This document shows, one piece after another, positions 30,773-45,193 of a stretch of 64,000 bases of DNA. Within the stretch, counting starts at the first letter, position 1, and the number at the start of each line of letters is the position of its first letter. The DNA lies in the NCBI RefSeq assembly GCF_009914755.1, contig NC_060932.1, one strand, 5' to 3'. The stretch comes from the human T2T-CHM13v2.0 reference genome, Homo sapiens. Under the pieces are notes generated by a model that was given only the letters and a program-made list of their open reading frames with translations, did not search any database and had not been told where the DNA came from. The position numbers were made by a program, and so were the translations under genes.

Positions 30773-31212
30773 GGAAAAGTTAAAGAGGCTTAGAGAGAAT
30801 GGGGTTTGAAATAACTTCTTGGCAAATGGGAGAGACAGCTACCTAGAGGTACAAAAGGATTGCCAGGATCATGGAAAGCTCTTTTAATGTGTTGTGAAAA
30901 TCTAGATAAGGAAACCACATGGTTAACAGATATAGAGCTTAATAAAATGCAGCTAGGGCTCTGTCCCCTAAATCAATTCCTTTGTAATATGCCTGGCAAT
31001 CCCTGACTCCTCCCCTCAAGATGGAGGCTGAACTTCACCTCTTAGGTGAAATATTCCACAGCCTCAGCCTCTTGCCCATTTGCCATTCTTACTCATCATC
31101 CCTGCTTATGTGCTCCCATAGAAACAAGGACCTATTTTTATAAGGCACTTATTTATAAAGCACTGAGATTATTTGCTTACCTTTGATTCTGAGCTACTTG
31201 AATGCAAGGAAA

Positions 31213-31811
31213 TTTTTTTATTTTTTAATTTTATTATTTTAATGGACACATATTAATTGTATATATTATATATTTATGGGGTACAATGAGGTGTTTTGGT
31301 ATGTTTTTACTATATGGAATGACCAAGCTAATTAACAAATCCAACTCACATACTTTTTTAATTGTAAAAATATTTAAAATCTACCTTTAGTAATTCTGAA
31401 ATATATAATGCATTATTATTTATTACAGTCACAGTAGCGAAGATATGGAGGCAACCTAGGTGTCCATCATCAGATGAATGGATAAAGACAATCTAATAAA
31501 ATATACACAATGGAATACCATTCTGCCTTAAAAAGAAGGAAATCCTGTCATTTGCGACAACATAGGCAAGATATTACACTAAGTGAAAAAATGGAAGATA
31601 CTACGCTAAGTGAAAAAAGTCAGGCACAGAAAGACACATGATTTTACTTGTATGTGGAATCTAAAAAAGTCAAACTCATAGAAGTAGAGTAGAATGAGGG
31701 TTACCAGAAGTTAGAGGAGGTACATAAATGGGGAAAAGAGAGATAGCGATCAAAGGATACAAAATTTCAGCTAGACCAGAAGAATAAGCTTTAGTGATCT
31801 GTTACATAGAA
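31213..31811. mobile_element. 5'-inverted L1MA 3'-end insertion (minus-strand part 31213-31432, plus-strand part 31429-31811)
   Basis: Two L1MA 3' UTR segments in opposite orientation that are adjacent in the consensus; degenerate TSD caaggaaattttt / cagggacattttt. Confidence 0.72.
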
Positions 31812-32544
31812 CAGGGACATTTTTCATTCTTCTTTGCATTCCTAGCATCCAGCACAGTGTGAGTTACATAGTATGCAGACATTTAATAAATGCTACCATA
31901 TTCTGGAGAACTAAAAGAGAAAGAAAAAATACCATCTTGTTCTTCTTTGCTATTTTCTTTCCTTTTCCTTCGCATACCTTCCCTACTTATGATTATTACA
32001 TATAACATCAGGGGCAGAAAGTGACACTGTTCCTAAAGCCATCTGTTTTGAGTTTATACAAAGTGTAACCTCTACTTAGATTCATAAGTTTTTAAACAAT
32101 TTAACTGGTTAGAAGAAACAAACTATGAAGCCCAGGTGATTTGGAGAAAAAAATACTTTTTGCTCATTAGCATCAGAGTCTCAGATTCAGGGGTGTTAAC
32201 TAGCCTCTTTTGTCAAACAAAACAAAATCTTGTGAATGGTCTTAATCAATAGTTTTCCAACGTTTCTGACTGCAAACCACTATCCTGGATCCCAGAAAAC
32301 ACCTACATATATGTTATGAAAATAAAAAATTAATTATTATCCTTGTTATTCTGGGATATATTTTCATTTTCTATTCTATTAAAAACCAATCATAATACTA
32401 GTCATAAGCCACAAAATTGACTTCACGATCCAACTTTGCGTTGTAACCACTAATACAAAATACTTTGGTATTATACACAAACCTATAGATTCAGCTGAGC
32501 AAACCCAAACAGGATAGAAATCCAAGTTAAGATACACCAGAATC

Positions 32545-34733
32545 GCTCCCCTCTCCCTCTCCCTCTCCCTCTCCCCACGGTTTCCCTCTCTTTCCACGGT
32601 CTCCCTCTCATGCGGAGCCGAAGCTGGACTGTACTGCTGCCATCTCGGCTCACTGCAACCTCCCTGCCTGATTCTCCTGCCTCAGCCTGCCGAGTGCCTG
32701 CGATTGCAGGCACGCGCCACCACGCCTGACTGGTTTTGGTGGAGACGGGGTTTCGCTGTGTTGGCCGGGCCGGTCTCCAGCCCTTAACCGCGAGTGATCC
32801 GCCAGCCTCAGCCTCCCGAGGTGCCAGGATTGCAGACGGAGTCTCGTTCACTCAGTGCTCAATAGTGCCCAGGCTGGAGTGCAGTGGCGTGATCTCGGCT
32901 CGCTACAACCTACACCTCCCAGCCGCCTGCCTTGGCCTCCCAAAGTGCCGAGATTGGAGCCTCTGCCCGGCCACCACCCCATCTGGGAAGTGAGGAGTGT
33001 CTCTGCCTGGCCGCCCATCGTCTGGGATGTGAGGAGCCCCTCTGCCTGGCTGCCCAGTCTGGAAAGTGAGGAGCGCCTCTTCCCGGCCACCATCACATCT
33101 AGGAAGTGAGGAGCGTCTCTGCCCGGCCGCCCATCGTCTGAGATGTGGGGAGCGCCTCTGCCCCGCCGCCCAATCTGGGATGTGAGGAGCGCCTCTGCCC
33201 GGCCGCGACCCCGTCTGGGAGGTGAGGAGCGTCTCTGCCCGGCTGCCCCATCTGAGAAGTGAAGAGACCCTGTGCCTGGCAACCACCCCGTCTGAGAAGT
33301 GAGGAGCCCCTCCGCCTGGCAGCTGCCCCGTCTGAGAAGTGAGGAGCCTCTCCACCCGGCAGCCACCCCATCTGGGAAGTGAGGAGCCTCTCCGCCCGGC
33401 AGCCACCCCGTCCAGGAGGGAGGTGGGGGGGTCAGCTCCCCGCCCGGGAGGGAGGTTGGGGGGTCAGCCCCCCGCCCGGCCAGCCGCCCCGTCTGGGAGG
33501 TGAGGGGCGCCTCTGCCCGGCCACCCCTACTGGGAAGTGAGGAGCCCCTCTGCCCGGCCAGCCGCCCCGTCCGGGAGGGAGGTGGGGGGGTCAGCCCCGC
33601 GACCGGCCAGCTGCCCCGTCTGGGAGGTGAGGGGCGCCTCTGCCCGGCCGCCCCCACTGGGAAGTGAGGAGCCCCTCTGCCTGGCCAGCCGCCCCGTCCG
33701 GGAGGGAGGTGGGGAGGTCAGCCCCCCGCCCGGCCAGCCGCCCCGTCCGGGAGGGAGGTGGGGGGGGTCAGCCCCCCCGCCCGGCCAGCTGCCCCATCCA
33801 GGAGGTGAGGGGCGCCTCTGCCCGGCCGCCCCTACTGGGAAGTGAGGAGCCCCTCTGCCCAGCCAGCCGCCCCGTCCGGGAGGGAGGTGGGGGGTCAGCC
33901 CCCCGCCCGGCCAGCCGCCCCATCCGGGAGGGAGGTGGGGGGGTCAGCCACCCGCCTGGCCAGCCGCCCCGTCCGGGAGGGAGGTGGGGGGGGGTCAGCC
34001 CCCTGCCTGGCCAGCCGCCCCGTCTGGGAGGGAGATGGGGGGGTCAGCCCCCCGCCTGGCCAGCCGCCTCGTCCGGGAGGGAGGTGGGGGGGTCAGCCCC
34101 CCCGCCCAGCCAGCCGCCCCGTCCGGGAGGTGAGGGGCGCCTCTGCCCGGCCGCCCCTACTGGGAAGTGAAGAGCCCTTCTGCCCGGCCACCACCCTGTC
34201 TGGGAGGTGTGCCCAACAGCTCATTGAGAACGGGCCAGGATGACAATGGCGGCTTTGTGGAATAGAAAGGCGGGAAAGGTGGGGAAAAGATTGAGAAATC
34301 GGATGGTTGCCGTGTCTGTGTAGAAAGTAGTAGACATGGGAGAATTTTCATTTTGCTCTGTACTAAGAAAAATTCTTCTGCCTTGGGATCCTGTTGATCT
34401 GTGACCTTACCCCCAACCCTGTGCTCTCTGAAACATGTGCTGTGTCCACTCAGGGTTAAATGGATTAAGGGCAGTGCAAGATGTGCTTTGTTAAACAGAT
34501 GCTTGAAGGCAGCATGCTCGGTAAGAGTCATCACCACTCCCTAATCTCAAGTAATCAGGGACACAAACACTGCGGAAGGCAGTGTTTCCTCTGCCTAGGA
34601 AAACCAGAGACCTCTGTTCACTTGTTTATCTGCTGACCTTCCCTCCACTATTGTCCCATGACCCTGCCAAATCCCCCTCTGTGAGAAACACCCAAGAATT
34701 ATCAATAAAAAAAAAATTAAAAAAAAAAAAAAA
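32545..34733 (+). mobile_element. Full-length SVA retrotransposon, SVA_F-like, antisense to ARFGEF1
   Basis: Short (CCCTCT)n head, Alu-like domain, GC-rich VNTR (~33000-34200), SINE-R, AATAAA and poly(A). TSD acaccagaatc at 32534-32544 and 34740-34750. Carries recalled SVA_F-type variants (ggttttggtggagac, aagtaatcaggg, gtcccatgacc, aagaattatcaataaa). Confidence 0.95.
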
Positions 34734-35586
34734 CAACACACACCAGAATCAAACCCCAGAAAACTAAAGACAAAACAATCTTGAAAGCAGGTAGAAAGAA
34801 ATGACATAATATCGATAGAAGAAAAATGATTACAGTGACAGTGGACTTCTTATTGGACACCATGGAAGCCAATAGGAGCTGTGGCACAACATTTCCAAGA
34901 GGTGAAAGAAAAGATCTGTCACCCAGAGTTATATAGATAATCTGTGAAAAATCCTAAAGGAATAAAGGTAAAATCAAGATCTTCTCAGATGAAGGATAAC
35001 AAAAAAAACAAACAAACCTGTCACCACAAGATCTGTCCTAAAAGAATAACTAAAGTTCTTCAAACACAAAGGAAATCAGAAGTTTTGAAACACCGTGAAG
35101 AATGGGAAGTGTAAAAATATGGAAACATATAACACTATTCTCCTCGAGTTTTAAAAATTGTTACACATTTAACACAAAAAATAAAACACTGTCTTATGTG
35201 GTTGCTAATGTATGCAGAAAAAGTATTTAAGACAATACTACAGAGAGGGAAGATAAAAGGACCTAAATGGAGCTAAGGTTTTTCTACAGGTTACTCAAAC
35301 TGGTAAAATGCTGACATCAGTATACTGTGAAAAGCTATGTATGAATAATGTAATGCCTAGTACAACCACCAAAAATCAAATATAAAGAGATACACTCAAA
35401 ACTCCAGCAGAACAATCAAAATGGAATTCTAAAAATTTTTCAAGAGGTCCACATAAATGCATGAAAATGGACAACAAAAAACAGAGGGAACAACAGAAAG
35501 CAAAAGTAAAGTAGCAGACTTATGCCCTTATATACAAATATTACATTAAATATAAAAGGTCCAAGCACAACAATTAGAAGACATTT

Positions 35587-37505
35587 AGCTGGGTGCGATA
35601 GTGTGCACCTGGAATCCCAGCTACTTGGGAGGCTGAGCCAGGAAGATCACTTGAGCCCAGGAGTTCATTTTTTGGATTTCCTTGCATTGGGCTTCACCTT
35701 TATCTGGTCCTTCCCTGATTAGCTTAAGAATTAACCTCCTGAACTCTTTTTCAGGTAAATCAGGGATTTCTTCTTGGTTTGGATCCACTGCTGGTAAACT
35801 AGTGTGATTTTTGCGGGATGCTGACAGGCCTAGTTTTGTCATATTACCAGGGTTGGTTTTCTGGTTCCTTCTCATTTGGGTAGCCTCGGTCAGAAGAAAG
35901 GTCTAGGGCTGAAGGCTGTTGTTCAGATTTTTCTGTCCCACAGGGTGTTCCCTTGATGCAGTACTCTCCCCCTTTTCCCATGGATGTGGCTTCCTGTGAG
36001 CCGAACTGCAGTGATTGTTGTCTCTCTTCTGGGTCTAGCCACCCAGCGAGTCTACCCAGCTCCAGGCTTGGTACTGAGGCTTGTCTGAACAAAGTTCTGT
36101 GATCAGCCATGGATACCAGTGCCAGTTCTGGTAGAGGTGGCGGAGGGTGCAATGGACTCCGTGAAATTCTTAGCTTTGATGGTTTAACGCTCTATTTTTG
36201 TGCTGGTTGGCCTCCTGCCAGGAGTGGTGCTTTCCAGAAAGCATCAGCTGTAGTAGTGTGGAGAGGGACCTGCAGTAGACAGGGCCCTAGAACTCCCAAG
36301 ATTATACACCTCACCCTTTGTTTTACACTATCAGGGTGGGTAGGGAAGGACCATCAGGTGGAGGCAGGGCTAGGTGGGTCTGAGCTCAGACTCTTCTTGG
36401 GTGGGTCTTGCTGTGGCTGCTGTGGGGGACAGGAGTGAGATTCCCAGGTCACTGGAGTTGTGTATCTAGGAGGATTATGGCTGCCTCTGCTGAGTCATCC
36501 AGGTTGTCAGCGAAGTGGGGGAAAGCCAGCAGTCACAGGTCTCACCCAGCTCCCATGAAAACTGAAGGGTCAGTCTCACTCCCACCTTGCCCCCTGCAAC
36601 AGCCCCAAGTCTGTTTCCAGGTGAAGCGCAAAAGGAGCTTGAAAACTTGCCTGAGGCTTTCCGCCTCCCAGCTGTGAAAGAAAAGGACTTTAGTTCTTTC
36701 CCTAACTGTGAAGTCTACAAGCCGCAGATGGATTCAAGTCCTCCCCTGAGTTCTGACTAGGAGGCTTCTCATTCAAATTGCTACAAAATTCAGCTAGAGA
36801 ATTCCTTCTCCCTGTGGAGTTTTACCCCCCTGCTCCTCTAGCCAACCTCCTGATGGATCCCTGTGATGCCAGGCAGGAATGGGCTGCTTGGGGACCCAGC
36901 AAGCTCCCAGGGCCTTTCTGCTGCTTCCTCTACCCCTGTATTTCGCTTGGCTCAACTAACTTGACTCAGCTCCAGGTAAAGTCAGAAACTTCTCCCGCAA
37001 ACAGACCTTCAGCTTCTCCAGCGGGGGTGTGTGTTTGGGAGAGGAGGGTCTCCCTTTCCCACTTCTGCAGTTGGGGCACTCACAGTATTTGGGGGCCAGG
37101 GTGGGTGGAAATCTCCCGGGTCCTGCAAAGCAGTCCACTTCCTTCAGAGGGTCTGTGGGTCCTCTCAGGATTGCTGGTTTGTTCTTGCAGTCGATCTGGA
37201 GCTAAAACTCACAATGCAAGCCTCCACATGCTGCTCTGTCCGGAGCTGCAATCTAATCTGGCCTCCTGTCCTCCATGATCCCAAAATCTTTGAGCCCAGG
37301 AGTTCAAAAGCAGTCGGGGCAACGTAGCAGGACCCCAACTCTATAAAAAAATTTAAAAATTAGCTGGGTGGGCATGGTGGCATGTGCCTGTAGTGTCAGC
37401 TACTCAGGAGGCTGAGTCAGGAGGACTCCTTGAGCAAGCTGTGATCACACCACTGCACTCCAACCTAGGTGACAGAGCAAGACCCTGTCTCTTAAGAAAA
37501 AGAAA
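35587..37505 (+). mobile_element. AluJ split by the L1PB insertion (35587-35667 and 37290-37505)
   Basis: The Alu sequence resumes exactly after the duplicated ttgagcccaggagttca. Confidence 0.85.
35668..37289 (-). mobile_element. L1PB(a)-type 5' UTR plus start of ORF1, 3'-truncated, inserted in an AluJ
   Basis: ORF 35621..35875(-) MRRNQKTNPGNMTK...PEKEFRRLILKLIRE is the L1PB ORF1 N-terminus. The 5' end gatcatggaggacaggaggccagattagattgcagctcc is present. 17-nt TSD ttgagcccaggagttca at 35651-35667 and 37290-37306. Confidence 0.85.
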
Positions 37506-38023
37506 ACACACATACCCACACACCTATATGATATAGTAGGATGAAAGTAAACAGATGGAAAAAGATATCAAAAGAAAGCAGGCGTGGCTGTATTAATATC
37601 AGATAAAGTAGAACTGAAAACAAAAAATGACCAGAACAAAAGACATTACACAATGATAGAAGGGTCAAATACATCAAGAATACATAGTAATCCTAAATGT
37701 GTATATAACAAAGAGCTTCAAAATAACATGAAATTGAAATGGATAGAACTAAAAGGAGAAACAGACAAATCTGCTATTTTAGCTGAAGAAGTAAACATCC
37801 CTCTTACAACAATACAACTACTAGACAAAAAAAATCACTAAGGATACAGAACTGAACACCACCATCAATCGGCAGGGTATAAATTTATAGAATACTCCAC
37901 TCAGTAACAGACACACATTATTTTAAAATGTCCATGGAACATTCACCAAGACAGTCCATATTTTGGGCCATAAAACAAATCTCAACAAAGTTAGAAGAAC
38001 TGAGATCATACAGAGTGTGTTCT

Positions 38024-38102
38024 TTTTTTCCGAGTAAAGTGAAAGCAAGTTTATTAAGAAAGTAAGGAATAAAAGAATGGTTACTCCACAGGCAGAGCAG
38101 CC
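38024..38102 (-). mobile_element. Short polyadenylated retrocopy of an ERV1 LTR 3' region (MER41-like)
   Basis: Minus strand reads ggctgctctgcctgtggagtaaccattcttttattccttactttcttAATAAActtgctttcactttactcgg followed by an A tail. 13-nt TSD cagagtgtgttct at 38011-38023 and 38103-38115. Confidence 0.75.
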
Positions 38103-38927
38103 CAGAGTGTGTTCTCTACCAAAATGAAATAAAAATAGGAATCATGGAGAAAAACTAATATTTCCAAACACTTGGAAATTAAACAACACACTTCTAAATA
38201 ATCCATGGGTCAGAGGAAGTCTTAAGGGAAATTTTTAAAAAATACATGGAACTCAATAAAAATAAAAATATAACAAATTTTATGGGATACAGCTAAAATT
38301 GTATGGGATACAGCTTAAAGGGAGACTTACAGCACTTAATACTTCATTAGAAAAAAGTCCCAAATCTAAGCTCCCACCTTAAGAAACTAGGAAAAGCAGC
38401 ACAGAATAAACCCAAAGCAAGCAGAAAAAAAAGGAAAAATAATAAATACAAGAGCAGAAATCAACAAAACTGAAAATAGAAAAATAGGAAAAATCAATTT
38501 AAAAAGCTGATTGTTTGATAAGATCAATAAAATTGAAACTCCAACAAGAGGAAAGAAAAAATAAAGCAGGGTATCACTACAAACACCGCAGACATTAAGA
38601 GGGACTAGGTGCAAACAATTCTACATACAAAGACCTGAGAACTGAGATGAATAGACCAATTCCTCAAGAAGCACAAGCTACCACAATTCTTCCAATATGA
38701 AATAGATCATTTGAATAGTCCTATAACTATTAAAGACATTGAATTCATAGTTTAAAAACTACCAAAAATGAAATATCTTGGACCAGATGGTTTCACCTGA
38801 GAATTCTACCACGTTTATAAAAGAATTTATAACAATCCTGTACAATCTCCTCTAGAAAATATTAGGGGATAAAACACATCTCAGTTGCTTTCAAGAGGCC
38901 AATATTATCTTGATAACAAAACTGGAC

Positions 38928-39930
<1,003 letters not shown>

Positions 39931-40101
39931 GAACAAAGGCAGTATAGAAAAATGCAGACAAATATCACTCATGAATATAGACGCAAAAATCATCAAATAC
40001 TAACTAGAATCCAGCAAGGTATAAAAAGAATTAAATACCATGACCCACTGGGGTTTATTCTAAAGACACAGAACTAATATTTAAAAAAAAAAAAAAAAAA
40101 A

Positions 40102-40762
<661 letters not shown>

Positions 40763-41167
40763 TCAATTGATACAGAAAAATCATTTGACAAAATTCAGCA
40801 TCCATTCATGATTTTAAAAACTCAGTAACCTAGCAATAGAGGAGAATGATAAACAGTAGCTACACAAAACCAAGAGCTGGTTGGGTGAGGAAACCCTCTC
40901 ATCATTTCTACTCAACTTTGTACTGAACATCCCAGACAGTGTAAATAAGTAAATAAAGGTATATAGGTTAGAGAGAAATACAACAGTTCTTATTCACAGA
41001 TTACATGATTATTTAAGTAAAAAATCCCAAGAAATCTTGAAGAAGAAAAAAACTCTAAGAACTCATAAATGAATTTAGCAAGGCTGCAACATGCAAAAAT
41101 CAATCACATTTCTATATACTAGCAATGAACAACTGGAAACCCAAAATTTTAAAAAAATACTATCTAC

Positions 41168-41462
41168 AGCCAGGTGCAATGGTTCACCTGTAATCCCAGC
41201 ACTTTGGGAAGCTGAGGCAAAAAGATGGCTTGAGTTCAGGAATTCAAGACCAGCTTGAGCAATACAGTGAGACCGCCATCTCTACAAAAAAGTTTAAAAA
41301 TTAGGCAGGGTGGTGCATGCATGTAGTCCCAGCTACTTGGGAGGCCAAGGCAGGAGGATCACTTGAGCTCACAAGGTGATAGCTGCAGTGAGCTAGGCTC
41401 ATGCCACTGCCTGAGCAACAGAACGAGACCCTGTCTCAAAACAGAACAAAAACAAAAAAAAA
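41168..41462 (+). mobile_element. AluJ (degenerate)
   Basis: Diverged dimer with deletions. Confidence 0.82.
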
Positions 41463-42411
41463 TTCACAATAGCTCACCACAAAATAAAATTCTTAAGTAT
41501 GAACTTAACAAAACACATATAAAATATATACTGAAAGAAATGCTGATAAAAAGATCAAAGAACTAAAAAACAATAAATATATCAAGTTCATTGACTGAAA
41601 GTATAAAAACAATAAAGATTTCCCCAAAATTATCTGCAGATTTAATCCACTGCCAATCAAAATTCTAGCAGGATTTTCTGCACATAAACAGATTCTAACA
41701 TTTGTTAGGAAAGGCAATGTAACTAGGATAGACAAAACAATTCTAATAAAGAAGAATAACTTGGGAGAAATCCCTATCTCCAATTTTAAGAATTTTAAAT
41801 TATAATAATCAAAACAATGTAGTGTTAAAGACAGAAACACAGATCAATGGAATAGAGTCCAGACACAGACCCACAGAACTATAGATGATTAATTTTTGAC
41901 AAAAGTACAAGTGCAATTCAATGGAGAAAGGATAATCTTTTCAACAAATAGTGTTGGAATTAGACACCCATTTGCAAAAAAAAAAAAAAAACTCTTGACC
42001 TAAAACTCCCACCTTATACAAAAATTAACTTAAATGGATGACAGATCTAAATGTTAGAACAAAAAACTATCAAACTTTCGGAAAACATAGGAGAAACTCT
42101 CTGTGAGTTTGGATTCGGCAGAGTTCTTAGATAAAATACCAAAAGCATGTGACATAAAAGAAAAAATAAAATGGATTTATCAAGATTAAAATGATTGCTC
42201 TGTGAAAGACAATGTTAAGAGAATAAAAGGTAAGCTACAGAAAATATTTGCAAATTGTTTATCTGGCAAAGACTTGTATCTAGAATATATACTTTAAAAA
42301 CTCTTAAAACTCAACAGTAAAAAAACAACGAAATTTTTTAATGGGCAAAAGACTTAGACATTCACCAAAGAGGATATGCACATGGCAAATAAACATAAAA
42401 AAAGATGCTCA

Positions 42412-42723
42412 GACCGGGCACAGTGGCTCACACCTGTAATCCTAGCACTTTGGGAGGCCGAGGCGGGTGGATCACCTGAGGTCAGGATTTCGAGACCAGC
42501 CTGGCCAACAGAGCGAAACCCTGTCTCTACTAAAAATACAAAAATTAGCTGGGCCTGGTGTGGCCGGTGCCTATAATCCCAGCTACTTGGGAGGCTGAGG
42601 CAAGAGAATCGCTTGAACCTGGGGTGGCGGAGGTTGCAGTGAGCCGAGATCGCACCACTGCACTCCAGACTGGGTGAAAGAGCAAAACGCTATCTCAAAA
42701 AAAAAAAAAAAAAAAAAAAAAAA
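42412..42723 (+). mobile_element. AluSx-like
   Basis: Dimer; imperfect TSD aaaagatgctca / aaaagtgctca. Confidence 0.92.
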
Positions 42724-43108
42724 GTGCTCAACATAATTAGCCATTAAGAAAATGCAAATGAAAAACCATAATGATTTAATGCTACACACCTATTAACATG
42801 GTTAAATTTTAAAAATACTGACACTCCCAAGAGTCGGTAAGGATATGGAGCAACAAGAACGCAAATACACCGTTGGTAGAAATGCACAATAGCACAGCCA
42901 CTTTAGAAAACAGTTTGTAAGTTTCTCATGAAGTTAAACATATACTTACCATATGACCCAGCAGTCCCACTCCTGGGTATCTACCCTAGACAAACATGAA
43001 AACTTAAGTTTATGTAAAAATCTGTACATGAATATTTATAGCAGCTCTAACCATACTGCCAAAACTGGAAACAACTCAAATGCCCTTCAATGAGTGTTAA
43101 ACAAACTA

Positions 43109-43440
<332 letters not shown>

Positions 43441-43921
43441 AAACAAAAAAAGAAACAAGACTACTAATACATACAACAACTTGGATAAACCCTAAATGCA
43501 TGCTGAGTGAAAGAAGCCAGTCTCAAAAGCCTCCATTCTGTATCATTCCACATTTATGACATTCTTAAAACGACAGAGAACAGATCAGTGGTTGCCAGGG
43601 GTTAGGTATGTGAGAAATGGTGTGACTATAAGTATGGGGGGGGGTTTGGGGGTGCTAAAACTATTCTGTATCCCAACTGTGATAGAAGTTACACAAATCT
43701 TCATGTGTGTTAAAATTCATGGAATTGTACAGTAAAAAAGAAAGTCAAATTTACTGTATGTTAACGTAAAAAACAAAAATACAAAGCAAAATAGGTTGCC
43801 TACATCCATACTCCAACTTAGTGAAGCAGGATCTCCAGTAATGTGACGTAGTTGGTTGTATTTTTAAGAAGCTCCACGGGTGATCTTGGTGTATTTGTAT
43901 AGCCAAGGATGAGAACTTCTG

Positions 43922-44232
43922 TTTTTTTTGTTTGTTTTGTTTTTTGTTTTTGAGATGGAGTCTCGCTCTGTCGCCCAGGCTGGAGTGCAGTGGTGCAATC
44001 TCGGCTCACTGAAAGCTCCACCTCCCGGGTTCACGCTATTCTCCTGCCTCAGCCTCCCGAGTAGCTGGGAGTACAGGCACCCGCCACCACGCCCGGCTAT
44101 TTTTTTTTATTTTTAATAGAGACGGGGTTTCACCGTGTTAGCCAAGATGGTCTCGATCTCCTGACTTCGTGATCCGCCCGCCTCAGCCTCCCAAAGTGCT
44201 GGGATTACAGGCATGAGCCACCACACCCGGCC
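43922..44232 (-). mobile_element. AluY
   Basis: Reverse AluY; TSD gagaacttctgtttt at 43911-43925 and 44233-44247. Confidence 0.93.
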
Positions 44233-44888
44233 GAGAACTTCTGTTTTAATGCCTTAATTTTAATTTCTCCATCCTTTCTGCCACTTTAACTTTAGGTCAG
44301 GGCTTCATCTCTCATCAGGCCTACTGGCTCTAATCCATCTTCTACATAGTGCCAGAGTGATCATGACAAAGATAAAGCTCAAGCTCTTCAGCATGGCACA
44401 CAAAAGCCTCCATGATTTGGCTCCTGCCTACCACTCTCATCTCTCTGCATGCCCTTCCTTGCATTCCACACTCCAATTGTAAAGGAACATTGTAAATCCC
44501 CTGTAAAGATCTGCCATTTCATACCTCTAGGCTTTTGCTCAAATGGTGTCCTCTGCCTGAATTCCATCCCACCACCACTATGTCCAACAGGTACCTTTCA
44601 AGGTTGCCTCAGTCATATGTTCTCTGTCACTCCCAACTAAAACCCCTTTCAGTGGTTTTCCAACCATCCTTACCTATAACACTTTCCATGAGCCTCATCT
44701 CCTACCATTCCTGCTGTACACTTAAGTCTCTTAAAATGCCAACCTTCTAGGTAACTCTCTCACACTTTGGGTTTATTCGGCTATTCATGCCTTAGCTAAT
44801 GATGCTCCTTCTTCCCCAGAATACTTTTTCCACCCATCTTTTCCTGGCTAAAATCCATTCATCCTTCTAGAATAAATAGCTGTTATCA

Positions 44889-45193
44889 GCCAGGCATGTT
44901 GGCTCATGCCTATAATCCCAACACTTTGGGAGGCCCAGTGGGGATGGTTGTTTGAGGCCAGGAGTTCAAGACCAGCCTGGGCAATATAGAGAGACCCCAT
45001 CACTACAAAAAGTTAAAGAAAAAATTAGCCAGGCATGATGGCATGTGACTATAGTCCTAGCTACTAGGGAGGCAGGCTAAGGTAGCAGAATCACTTCAGC
45101 CCAGGAGTTCGAGGATGCTGTAAGTTATGACTGCACTGCTGCTCTCTAGCCTGGGCAACAAAGTGAGACCGTCTCTTAAAAACAAAAACAAAA
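44889..45193 (+). mobile_element. AluJ
   Basis: Diverged dimer. Confidence 0.86.

Noticed and set aside
33000-34200. Repeat array resembling a CRISPR array or CpG island
   Set aside because: It is the SVA VNTR: contiguous degenerate units with no unique spacers, in a primate intron.
32483-34807. Long ORFs (up to 269 aa) on both strands
   Set aside because: They lie within the GC-rich, stop-poor SVA VNTR and Alu-like domain and give repetitive P/G/R/A peptides; not genes.
35844-37327. ORFs of 60-166 aa around 36-37 kb
   Set aside because: Chance frames in the L1PB 5' UTR; no domain similarity that I can recognise.
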